Source: Klebsormidium nitens (Eukaryota; Plantae; Klebsormidiophyceae). From it: DNA of 64,000 nucleotides. Below, in pieces: positions 51,476-63,195 of this stretch. The first letter of the stretch is position 1; each line of letters opens with the position of its first letter. A program made the translations under genes and the position numbers. The notes under the pieces were generated by a model. That model searched no databases. It worked only from the letters and a program-made list of their open reading frames with translations, and was not told the origin of the DNA. The DNA is taken from positions 1-64,000 of the forward strand of contig DF237368.1 in the NCBI GenBank assembly GCA_000708835.1, read 5' to 3'.

Positions 51476-54400
51476 CTAGCTAGCTCCCTCTTGAGATTGC
51501 TGTGTTGCCTTTAGGTGTATGAAGTTGACAATCTCTTCGCCACCCCACTCTGCAGAGACGGAAAAGCTTCAGTCGTTGTGTACCGTTCTCTAATCACAGC
51601 AGCTTTAGGTGACTGCTATGTAACAGCGTGTTAGCGAGCAGGTTGGACAAAAGTCCACCTTCGGCGACTGAAGGCCAAGTTTTTCACTTTCGTGGTCGCC
51701 TTACTTGATGCCAAGAGATCATTTCCGCAAGCAACCGCGACTGCAAATATAACTGCCTTGCAAAACGCCGGCAATCTTGGTTGCTGAACGCCCGCTTTCA
51801 GCGTCACAAGACTTCACCAGCCTGCTTGACCGTCCCGCTTCGACAGACGGCCATCTCCAAAGCCCCAACCAAAGACTTACAATTGTTATGATCGTTCGGC
51901 TTGCTGGACGGACTGGAGCCTCTAACCTCTACCTAATTGACTTGAAAACGAGACAACATCTGACAGAACCCCAAAGAAAGAGCTTGAGCCATACGCTGCC
52001 AAACGAAGCTGCTCTAAAGTTTACGTACAACCTTCAGTGACATCCAGTCCGCCATCTTCAAGGCTGTTGTCAATCGTATGCCAAGCTTAAAATTGTGCTC
52101 CTTATTGACTTGTTGATCCTCCCATTCTCGTGGAAAAAAAGAGCACTATGCTTGGAAGACGCGTATGCATCAAACACCTAGCCATGACTTTAGCACCTCG
52201 TTTCGTTCCCCAGGAGGTAGACATGATCGAAATCTCACCTTCAGCGTAATCAATAGCTGTCCCTTTGTCGTTTGACATCGCGAAGACGTCAGCCCCCCGG
52301 TCGATCAGCAGGTTCGCCAATCGGACGTCGCTCTTGATGCAAGCGAATTGCAGGGCGGTGTTTCCGGACGCGTTGCGACCGTCGATTTCCGCACCGTTGT
52401 CCAACAAAAACTCGGCAACTTCAGGGTGCTGCGCAGGGGATGGTAAGGTCTGGTTTTGTTCCAAATGTTGAGAAACAGCAAAGCCTTCGTCTCTGCTTCT
52501 GGTATGTGCGCAGGGAGCGCGGAGGAGTTCATTCCTGAGTGTCCTGCTTGAGAAATGCAGAATACTCGGAAGAGGCCAAGCGTTGGCTACAGTGCGAGAC
52601 AAAGCAAAGACACCACAAGTCAGTTTGGGGTGCTGCCATGGAGATGGAAAGACTTAGTGGAGTTTTACCATGAAAAGCAGCAAGAAAAAGAAAAACATTC
52701 TCGTCAATGTTAGGGCCCTGCGAAACAAGGGCAACAGGCTCTGTATTATGTGGACAATTTATCAACCATAGGAAACCGATTGAGGGAATCGCATCCAGAA
52801 TACCGCTGAAAGTTGCCTCGCCTGTAGAGCAAAGTTTGTAACCCGCAAATTCTTTCAGGCCTGCTAGAACAGGGAGATTTTATCTTTCTCTCTTAAACTC
52901 TCTTTGGGCAAACCGTCTCCGAGGCCCCTATGCAACCAGGGCAAGTTGGGAGGTTGGGAGAGGTAATGCTTCCCTACCAACAATGCGCCCTTTTTCCAGG
53001 ATCTCACAGGTAAGCGCCCTCTAAACTTCATTCAGGCAGGACACAACAAAACACTTGATCATGCAAGCTGTGGGTAGTCAAAGAGCTTTCAGATCAGTGG
53101 CAGGTGTATGCCTTAGGTTAAACGAAACTTTGGAAGGGGTATTCTTCTAGATACAGCCAACACATCTACAGCATATACAAGGGAACTGCTTTCCTGCAAA
53201 GAAGACCCGCAGTTCTTACTCGCCCAACTGTGACTGGCCTTTATCTGCGGATACCTTTACTGTGAGGAGTAGTCTCAGGAATACAAACACATTTATCGAA
53301 ATACGTTGTTTTTAGCGACAAGCACAACGGGAGCCCATGCCTTGCTGCTCATAAAATGATGCTCAAGTTTGTCAGCTGTCAATGTAAGCATGATACACAG
53401 ACTGAAGTTGGCTCTGAGCGAAGAAGAAAATCAATGTACTCTGTGCATCCAAGTGCCTGTTCCCTCGAACAAGTGGAGGAAGCTTAAGCAAGGCAAGAAA
53501 TCTGTGGAGCTGGGTTGGTTCTTACCTGGTAAAAGACACTAAGTTGAAGCGCAGTCCAACCTCCCTTGTCTGGATTTGGCTGGTTCACGTCAATCCCTCC
53601 GGAAGCAAGCAGCTCTTTGCAGAGCCTTAGGTCGCCGGACTTGGCGGCTTCCTGCTTGGGAGGAACAGCGCAATTTTAAATTCTTTGGGGATTCTGTGTG
53701 TGTTCCGACGGATTGATGCAAGGTCAGTAGGCGTGTGCAAAAGCATGTGCCATGGTATTAAGTCCTTGATTAAGCCGAGCTTCCAATCCTAAGAGTAGGA
53801 AAAATGACTCGCAAAAGGATTGGGCATGGATTACGTGGCTGCATGAAGCAAGTCTTGGTGCTCTTCAAAGAGAGTTGACCTACAGTGCGAAAGATTTCTT
53901 CACGTCCACGGAAACCCCAAGTTCAATCTCAGGGAGACAAGGTTAAAAGTGTTGGGGTAAATATTTGGGTGTGTACTCATGTTGTACGGCTCCTAGGGAG
54001 CAACAGCATAGCTGTAGCTTGCTGCTGACCTGAACGGGCCCTTTGAGTCAGTGTGAAGCAAATCTTGCGTACGTCATGCATCAATACAAAAGGCCCTCAA
54101 TGCCAGACAATACGAGCCCCAGAACTCGATGCTATGACGCAGAAGCCCTGATAGTCCGGTGAATTTGTGACAGAGCCCTTCAGTATTTGGTTGCCCTCTG
54201 ACACTCACCCTGAATTGGTCGCTTGCAATGTCCACTGGCGCGTCGGCTGCTCCCCTGACATCCACAGAGCCCCGCACTAAAACGCATTTTCCCTCCCGCA
54301 GGCGCAGTGGCCCCCGGTTCTCACCTCTCCTAATCTCACTAAGTTGCAAGCTGCCCTGCCAGCTACCCACAGAAGCTGGAGTCACATTCAACTGCCGCCA

Positions 54401-54538
54401 TCTTGGACAATGCTGTGAACGTCGGACACTGAGCTGGCAGTTCGTGCTCCACCGGTGGCTCCCTGCATTGCAGCTTGGTGAGACAAAGAAGGCGTGGGAT
54501 ATGCATCTGCAGGCAGCAGTGGCCGCATGGGCAGACAT
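51476..54538 (-). CDS. Ankyrin-repeat protein (~240 aa) with a predicted plastid transit peptide; exons 54538-54209, 53651-53526, 52428-52239, 51549-51476
   Basis: Spliced: MSAHAATAAC...GKCVLVRG...DQFR|EAAKSGDLRLCKELLASGGIDVNQPNPDKGGWTALQLSVFYQ|HPEVAEFLLDNGAEIDGRNASGNTALQFACIKSDVRLANLLIDRGADVFAMSNDKGTAIDYAE|EWGGEEIVNFIHLK...*. About four ankyrin repeats; exon lengths 330/126/190/74 keep frame. Confidence 0.85.
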
Positions 54539-55130
54539 TGTGATAGCGTATTTAAGAACGCTCAGCTGGATGGTTTTCCGCCAGGCCCAGGCCGACCGAC
54601 CTGTGACCAGACAGTATGCAAAGCCTCTCTCCTGCAGGGATGTACCGAAGTTGGAAGGCAAAGGGGCCCAGTAAAAGCGAGCCAACTTAGGATGGAGGGC
54701 TTTGATCAACAGACAAAGAGCACCTCGTGAGGCCCAGCTAGGCCCTACTAAAAAGTTTTCAGAGTTGAAATATCCTAGACTCAGAGTCACAGGACCTAGA
54801 GCTTGAAGTTGCAGGCTTTTGGCGATTGTCAGATCACCAATAACCGTCGATTGAAGCCTCCGGGCATGTAGGCCCTCCGATGAAGGGATCATCAACTTGG
54901 AAAAGAAGGCGGGAACTTCTCCACAGAATAAGAGCTGGCGACCAAATGCGATTAGCTGGTACCAAGATGGTCGCCATTCTGCAATCGTTCAGAGCAGAAT
55001 CAGTGCTCGGCCCGGAAGCTGGTTGTTCTATTAAAGTTAAACTTCAATGCAATGACAACAATCTGCATTCTTTGTCTCAAAATCTCAGCAAGCTGAGAAG
55101 GTCTTACGCCGTCTGGAGTTGGGTTGAGCA

Positions 55131-58100
55131 ATGGAGCCACACAGCAACAGCTTCGATCGGCTAAGCGACGATCTCTTGGGGTGCATCTTTGAGAAACTCT
55201 TGTGGAATCCTAATGCATTTGGCGTGGTGAAGGGGCGCGAACGTGTGCGGTTGGAGTCTGTCTGCAAACGGTTTCAGGAGCTTGTCCACAGGTTTGGAAG
55301 TCTGGATTGGGAGTTCAAAGGGCCTCGGGATGAAGACGCCTTCTTGCGATACATGTTCCGGCAGAGAACTTATGCAACTCCTTTGACAAGGGTGAATCTA
55401 GAAGTGCGCTCTTCAGTCAATGTCATAGCAATCCTGCAGTCGCTCACCTTCTCAACCCAGGGGTCCCTCCAGGAGCTGCACTTGTTCGTCGGCATTCTAA
55501 GCATAGTCAAATGGGAGTATGTGTTTCTGCTCCTTACAGAAGCGCAACAGCTCCAAACCTTGGACCTTTTCCTGTGGGGAAGGGAGCAACTGTCGGTTCC
55601 TCTGCGCTTTCGTGTCCCCTGGGGCTCCAAACCCCTGCCGAAGCTGAGGGCGCTGACGCTGTATGGGTTTGCCATTCCTGGTTCCGATTGTGACCAGTTC
55701 CTGCAGTCCTTTCCGTCGTTGGAAACTCTGGAGCTCCATTCCTTTGAGGGGCAAACGTACAGCTTTGGGGTTGCGGAGCTGGACAAGGTGTTCCTGTGGG
55801 GCAATGAGAATGCTAGTTTTGATCTAAGAAACTCGGCAAGGGCTAGCGTGCCAAGGAGTCTTGAAAAGGTGGTTGCCTTGATGGAAAGTGGAAGCCTGGC
55901 AACTAGAGAAAAGGCCGTGTCTGCTCTGTTGTCCCTTTCAAACAATGCCTTGAGTAGGAAGGCAATAGCGGCTTTTCCTGGGAGCTTGCAGAGTTTGGTG
56001 GAGCTTATGGACTACGGCGGCGTGCCTGCCGCTCTTGCAACTCTACAAAAGCTAGCCGACGAGCCCCAAAACACGAGGATCATAGCACAACTTCCAGGCT
56101 GCCTGCAGAAGCTGCTGTCTTGCCTAGAACACTACCGTCCAGACCGGCATGAGCCTGCTGCTGCGATGCTGGTCAAGTTTGCATTGGTTGCAGAAGTGGG
56201 TAAAATAATGGCTGGTGACTCCAAAGTGTTGGACCGACTGGTGAAGCTTCTAGACTGTGGTATGGGGAGGGCGCCTGTGCTAGCGGGGTGGGTGCTCCTG
56301 CAATTGGCAAGTGATGGGGACGTAAAGGCTAGTGCTGGTGAGCAGAGGTGCCTCCTAAGATTGGTCGCTCTCTTGGAGGACGCAGGCGTTAGCATCCGAC
56401 TTGATGCTTTGCTGAGAGTTCTGTGCAATGACAGAGAGATTCGTAAGTCAGTGACGTCGACGCCTACTTTCTTCAACCAGTTGGTTGGCCTTCTGGCGAG
56501 CACGAGCGCGGAGTTGCAGACTGCTGCTGCGGAGGCCCTGCACAACATGGCGAGGGATGATGCGGACCGGAAGGTGATAGTGGCCACTCCTCAGTGCCTA
56601 GAATCCCTGCTGAAGCTCGTTGGAGAAGGGGAGGACAACGCATCGGAGAGAGCAGCGAGGGCACTTTGGAGATTGGCGGGGGAAGCCACGGTGTGCAGTG
56701 CGGTCGCAGCAGACCCGGGGGCGCTCCAGACGTTGGTGAGCCGCTTGAGTGGTGAAAGCAAGCCAGTGCAGCATTCGGTTGTGGGGCTGTTGACGACTTT
56801 GGCGAGAGATCCCACAGCCAGGCAAGCTGTGGCAAGGGCGCCGGGGTGCTTGCTTGCGCTCGTCTCTTTGATGAAAGACAAGAGGGCTGACATTCGGAAA
56901 AACGTCTGTGGGATGCTATGGCAAATGGGGCTCCACTCCGCTACTCAAAATGAGGTCCTCAATGTGCCTGAGGTGGTGTCAAGGCTAGGGGAACTTATAG
57001 GTGAGGGAGTGTCACCAGGGGTGGTCGAGGCGGCAGCGGGGGCTTTGCAAAGCTTGGCAGGGAGGACGGTGATCAGGAAGGCCATTGCTAGCCTGCCGGG
57101 GTGCCTGCAGAGGCTCGTCAACCTGCTGGGAGTTGCGGGCCGCACAGCAAGACTCGCCGCTTACGTGTTTGTGCAACTCGTCGTGGACGCTGACATGCGC
57201 AAGGTGGTCATTGAGTTGCCGGAGGCTTTGGAGAAGCTTGTGGGGCTTCTGAGCGTCGGCGGGGCGAAGGGGGCACACGAGCCGGCGGCGCGGGCATTGC
57301 ACAGCTTGGCAAGGACTCCTGAGTGTCGAGTTGCCATAGCTGCGGCGCCAGGCTGCCTGGGGAAGCTGGTTGGATTCCTTTCAAGCAGAGAGAAGCACGT
57401 TCAGCGTGAGGCAGAAAAGCTTTTGCAAAGCCTCTTGCTCGAGCCCGAGGTCAGACTGGCGGCAAGTAAAGTACCGGGAATGCGTGAACGGTTAGTGAGT
57501 CTTGTGGGGCGGGGATGGGGAAGCGCGCCGGAGGGGGCCGCGGGAGTTCTGTGGCAACTAGCGGCGCACGACGCTCAAGTTCGGACGAAAGCTGCGGCGG
57601 ACGCAAAGGTGGTCGAAGATGTGGCAAGCCATCCGGAAGACGCGAGCGCAGGGTTGCAGAAGGTGAAGGGGGAGGGCGGAGACGACGGCGCAGTGATACG
57701 GAAGTTGACGGATGGAGAGGGTGGGGACCGGAGCGCAGCAATGCAGAGATTGGCAGGGGGGGAGGGCGGGAGTGGCGCAGGTGCCAGAGAAGAGAAGGGC
57801 TTCTTGGAGGCGCTGACAACGTTTCTGCAGGCTGGCAGCAAAGATGTGCGAAAAAGCATTGCAAAGGCGCTCTGGGAGACAGGGAACCACGCCGCCGCCG
57901 TGCGTAAGGCCGCTCTTCAAGTGCCGAATCTGCTCCCAGCGCTGGTGGACCTTCTCAGCGAGGGGAACGCGGTCCCGGTGAAAGAAGCCGCGGCGGGGGC
58001 TCTGCAGAGCATAGCGCAAGATGCGGAGGCACGCAGCGCTGTAGCGGGCACACCGGGGTGCCTGCAGCAGCTGGGTGAGTTGTTGGAGAGCAGCGAGGGG

Positions 58101-59533
58101 CGCGTGAGCGAGCTGGCGGCGTGTGCGGTCTCTCAGCTGGCGGCCGATGAGAAATGGCGCAAGACGGTCGTGGAGTTGCCTGGGGCGGTGGAAAAGCTGG
58201 TGGACTTGTTAAATGCGGAGGTCCCCGCCGGGCCGCACAAACATGCGGCGAACGCGTTGCGCAGCTTGGTGTGGGACGGCGAGTGCCGACTCGTGCTAGC
58301 GGCCATGCCACAGTGCCTCGCAAAGTTGGTTAGTCTGCTCGGGGCCGAGAAGGAGCACGTGCAGAGTGAGGCGGCACAGGTGTTGTTCGGCTTGACGATC
58401 GTTCCAGAACCCCGGGCGGTTGTCTGGAAGTTGTCGGGCATTTTGGAGCGGCTCGTCAGCCTTCTCGGCAGCAGTAGCACCGCCGTCCAAGCATGGGCTG
58501 CCAGGGTACTGCAGAACCTGGCGCTCGACGACGAGTCCCGAAGGGAGATTGCGAGGGCGCCTGGGTGCCTGGACAAGCTCTTTGCGCTCCTCGAGTCTAA
58601 GTGCCTCCGCGCAGCCAAACAGAGTGTGATGGCCCTTTGGAACTTGATGGGGGACGATGAGGAGGAGGACGACGAGACCCGGGCCCTCGTCTTTGGAAAG
58701 CCAGGCCTCCTCGGGAAGGTGGTGGGCTTTCTGGATCCGGCTGTCGGTTTTGGCGCCCATGCCGCCGGCGGCTCTGCTGCTCGATTTCGTCCGGGGGCCC
58801 GGAAAACCGGAAAGCGTTGGTCGCTGTGCCGCGTTTCCTCGAGCATCTGGTGTGCCAGCTGGCGGGCGAGGACCCGGAGTACCCCACGTGGCTACTGATC
58901 GACCTTGCCGAAGACGCGGGGATCCGGGCAGAGATCGCCGTGCTGCCAGGGGCCCTGCAGAAGCTGGTGGAGCTTCTGACGCAGCCCTTCCTCCGGGAAG
59001 TGGCGCTGGAGGCCTTGAAGAAGTTTGCTGCTGACGCGGAGCTCGGGAAGGCGATTGCTGCGATGCCGGACTGTGTCCCAAGGCTGCAGACCTTAGCGGG
59101 TCTGCCGGAGACGGAGATTCACAAGGAGGAGGATCCCGGTCTCAGAAAAGGTGCTGCCAAAGTCCTCAAACTTCTGGGGGTGGAAGCGGTGGCGCCTTCG
59201 GGCGGGGCTGCGGCGGGGACGAAGGGAGCCGAGAGCGTCGAGGGTGCCAGTCCAAGTGCGGAGAGAGCCGGATGTGGGGAGGGAGAAGGAAGCGGGGCGA
59301 GAGAAGGGAATGGGGAAAAATCTGGAAGCGAGGAGAGAGCCGGAAGTGCTGAGAAGGCAGAAAGTGGAGCTGGAACTGCGGAGAAGGCCGGAAGCGCCGA
59401 AGAGGTTGGAAGCGCGGAGAGAGCGGGAGGTGCGGAGAGAGTCGGAAGTGCGGAGAAGGCTGAGAGCGGGGACGGAACGACACGAGCGGCGCCGGAATCC
59501 AGCAAGGAGGCGGAGCCGGAGCAACTTCATTGA
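55131..59533 (+). CDS. Intronless F-box + LRR-like + multi-ARM-repeat protein (~1465 aa if repaired), with two +1 frameshifts at ~58765 and ~58802
   Basis: N-terminal LSDDLLGCIFEKL...RLESVCKRFQELV (F-box); LxxLxL strands (LQELHL, LQTLDL, LPKLRALTL, FPSLETLEL); then many ~42-aa ARM units (PGCLxxLVxLL...AAxALxxLA). Removing one C and one G gives AHAAAALLLDFVRGPENRKALVAVPRFLE, joining ORF 55131-58898 to ORF 58817-59533. Confidence 0.85.
59330..59475 (+). repeat. Coding 18-bp tandem repeat giving E(R/K)AGSA-type hexapeptides at the C-terminus of the ARM protein
   Basis: ERAGSA EKAESG ... EKAGSA EEVGSA ERAGGA ERVGSA EKAESG. Confidence 0.85.
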
Positions 59534-60689
59534 GTGGCTTGGTGGACGGACGGGGGCTGCCAAAGTCGTGAGTCCGCGGTGAGTGTGGTTCTTTTCGAGT
59601 CGCTCAGGTGCTCTGTTTGCTTCCGAAGTCCCCCTTCAGGGAGTACATCGCGAAGGTTAGTCGATTGCATAGCTTCGTTCCATCACATTTTCGAGGCTGC
59701 GCTGGTCAAGATACAGCCAAGAATGGCGAGGCTACTTCGTGAAGCAGGTGCACCCCTTGGCAAAATGAACAAACAGTGGAGAGGGCCAATCGTGCTATTC
59801 GACAAAGAGACGTCAACTTTCTGGAAAGCTTTTGCTTCAAAGAGTCCTCGACTTTTTGGGACTTTTCGTATTCCGGGATCTCTTGACTCTTTGAGTTTGC
59901 CAAACCCTGCTGCTCGGTTGCCTAACGAGCTCAGCTTTCTCAGGTTAATAGTAGGCCTGAGGCACGGTTCGTGGTAGGCCGTTCCAGTGTCACTTTGATG
60001 AGGCGGCTGTGAGTGTCAATCTGCTTCGTGGATGATACCAGTTCGTCCCTGATTCTCTCCGATAAGCTTGGAAGGAAAGCTTTGATAGCAACTCTTTTCT
60101 ATGGATTTTGAGGCAAAGACTTGTGACTTATACAATGGTGCCTTGATTGACGGCTGTCCTGACAGTGTCCGTTTCAAGTGCAGGCCATTCATTCCCCACC
60201 TGCGCTAAGCCCGTCGACGGGAGTGCCAAAACTTATAGCTGTCGCTTTGCCGAACCCTCAGCCCCCACGTTCGCTTGACCTACAACCTTTGACGGTGAGA
60301 AGCAGACATTGCGAAAGCCGAAAACGGGGCGTAATTTCTTTTTCGGCTCTGGCTCTTCGGATGCGGCGTCTTGATTTATTGAGGTGCTCCCAAACTTGAC
60401 GTAGGGGAACGGTGAAAAACTTCGCTTGAAGGGTTTGTTTCAGCCTTCCTTTCAAATTAAAAATTATGTTCTTTCCGTCCAGCTGTCATGGCCGCGAACC
60501 CTTAAGGACCTCGGAACCGACTTTGTTGGGCTTGTGACACACAGTATTTACCCACTGCACATCCGGATTGAGGCCGAATCAGATTAGACCGCAAAGCTTT
60601 GTCTGTGCATGCCAAAGGCTGTTTTAAGGTAATATCTGGCGGATTTGCCAACGACAATATATGTCCAGCAATCACGGATCAAATACATT

Positions 60690-63195
60690 CGTGCGTCGCT
60701 GAGTCTCTTCCGTTCTTTCCAGGAAATCTGCTGTCCTGGTGTCTTGTAAGAGAAGCGACTGGACCGGATCTGGCCGGGGGAAACGGCGGGTGCGTGTGAC
60801 GTGCGGCTGGCGCCAGCGGAACCTACGGGTAAGGAAGCCTCTGACTTGGAGAGAACTTAAGAGGTGTTCTCCTCGTTCCTTCGGTGCAGCTTCGTTTCGG
60901 TCCACGTTTTGGTGTTGTTGCTCCGTCCAGACAGCGGCAGGCGACATTCTTCGAAGTCGGTTTGCATATCCCCATTCTGACCGTTTTGACGTGCCTGAGC
61001 CTCAGCATGGTAGAAGCCCGTTTCGTTCGTCGCGTCGAACCGAGGAATGCTGACCCGCTTTGAGAAGTTGGTTCGCATCTCTTACTAGGACCGGTTTGAC
61101 TTGCCTAAATTGCAACCTGGGAGATTCTGACAAATCCGTATCGTCCATTTTGAGGAATCCACAGACGCTGACCCGCCACATCCCTTTCCCCCAGGTCACT
61201 GCTGCAGCTTGCCCTCTACTCGCTTCCCCTTGCTGACGTCACTTGAGGCTCCACCAACGTCAGCCACCGGGTCTCCCGTACTGCGGCCTGCTCCGGCATG
61301 ACGCCAAAAGCTCTTCTGGACGCGCGCATAATTGTGGAAGCCGTCTAAGCGACTCGGTCGAATCCGCTGGGGAGCACAAGGGGAGGATCTGAGGGGCCTG
61401 CCGGACTTAAGACCATGGTGAGTGATTGTCTTGCGTCGGCCAAAAGCTTTTGCGCTCTGTGCCTCTGAGCTCGAACGCTCCCATGTCCCTGATGCGGTGC
61501 CTCTGTCAGCTCCTGCGGTGTTCAAGAAACTCTCTATGTTTCGATAAAGCTGAACAAGAAGCCGAGCTCCTCCAATATGTGACCCTGTTTCAAAGTCTCA
61601 CCTCGAACTGGCTCTCTGAGGGTGTTCCTGCTCCCAAGTTTAGGAATCAAGGTAAACAGGAACGTCTCTAAGAAAACGCTAGTGAAAACGAACGATAAAT
61701 CTTGTTTCCGTACATGATCTTTCTGTGCATCTTCCCTCTAACTTCGACGGATGACACGTGTTCCTTCCCTGCCAGATCACGGGTGTCTGTTTTCTCCCGG
61801 ACCCAACATGAACGGTCACCTAGGCGGCGGCAGTCAACCCAACGGTAACGCAGCACGGTCGTGCGGGGTGCCCTGCAGCCACACTTCGTCGGCCACGTGG
61901 CAGCGGAGCTGAGCCACCCATTGGTGTGGCGAGGTCCCGGGGCGACCATTTGCCTGAAATACAGTGTAAGGAGTCGCCCTGTCCTGTAGTGGCGCAATTG
62001 TTGCCTCCTGCCTGTGAAGAGTTCAGTAGATCTTTTGCGTACCTCGGCCGCAGTTTCTAATCTCGACTGGTGCAGACTCGTCGGTAGGTGTCGCTTCGCG
62101 AAAAGCGTTGCGTGGACCATCCGACAGTCTCGTCGAAAGCGGGGGTCTATGTAAGAGGGTACTTTCAAGGTCATGACGCGGAACGGAAAGCTTCTTATCA
62201 TCTCCTGAGTCAGTTCAGTCGAGGCGGAGAAGGTGCAGAATAGAAAGTGCGACAGATTGCCGTCTGGTTGGAAAGACGAAGCAGGCTCCAACGTCACGTG
62301 TTGTCAGCAAGCATCCATTATCTCACTGCCGCCCCACCTCCTGAGCCGGCCGCCCATGCAAATTTGATTCTTTTGCAGGTCTCGGCTCCTCCGGGTTACA
62401 CAGCTGAACCGCTTCGGGCCGGCTCGGCCGCGAAGCCGACTATGACGCTCACGGGGGATGGAGTCTTGAGAAGGTGCTTCCGCGGGCCGATGACGTCAGC
62501 CCGGTCACACCGGTGGCGGGGAAGGCGCACCCGGTGGCGGTTGTGACGTCAGGGACGGTGGTCGGAAGTCCTACGGTTAGGGAAGCAGGAGGTAAGGTTG
62601 CAGACCGCTTTTCAAGAAGCAGGGGGAGAGGAAGGTGGCTTTTTGCTCTCCTTTGATGCAGCTGTGTTCTGGCCCACCTTTAGTAGGAACCATTACTCCG
62701 TTAAAAAGCAACGGGCAACAGTCCCTTCGTTGTACCGGTTTGACCTGCCCGAACTCCAACTTCGAAAGTTCCGAGAAGTTCGTTCGTTCGTTGTATCCAA
62801 CCAACGGTTGCATGACACATTCTTCAGAAGTCGCACCGCATTCTTCAGTTGGACGGTCGTGACTTGCCTTTATCCCAGTACGGGAGCCTCCGATAAGTCC
62901 CCATCGTTTCCCTGCTGGACCAGTGGATGCTCACCACCATAATTCTCCGCCCCAGGTCCCCGTTGCAGACTGCCCTCCGCGCGCGCTTCTCCTTGCCGAC
63001 GTCACCCAGGTCTCCACTGACGTCAAGCAGCGGGTCTCTCGTACGCGGCTTCCTCCGGCGTGGTGCCAAACGTTCTTCTGGCGACCCAGCGCTTGGGCGC
63101 TGCGCAAACGATCAACGTCCCGGTTGTATCCGCTGGAGGAAGTCCCCGGGAGGACACTTGAGGGACCCGCCGAATTGAGCATCAGGGTGAGCCAC
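60690..63195 (+). pseudogene. Two diverged tandem copies (~60690-61435 and ~62380-63195) of a decayed, spliced coding segment of unknown family
   Basis: Anchors recur at ~1750-1770 bp offset: CCTACGG (60822/62570), TGCAG|CT (60885/62657), RFD(L/V)PE motif (60982/62736), CAG|GTC (61192/62952), GGGTCTC (61269/63032), ATCCGCTGG (61362/63128), GTGAG (61418/63187). Stops and frameshifts in both copies. Confidence 0.6.

Noticed and set aside
54539-54895. Upstream extension of the ankyrin ORF from ATG 54895
   Set aside because: Would bury the transit-like segment starting at 54538 and occupy the shared upstream region with the ARM gene.
55370-59582. Many antisense and alternate-frame ORFs over the ARM gene
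   Set aside because: Expected shadow ORFs of a long GC-rich coding sequence.
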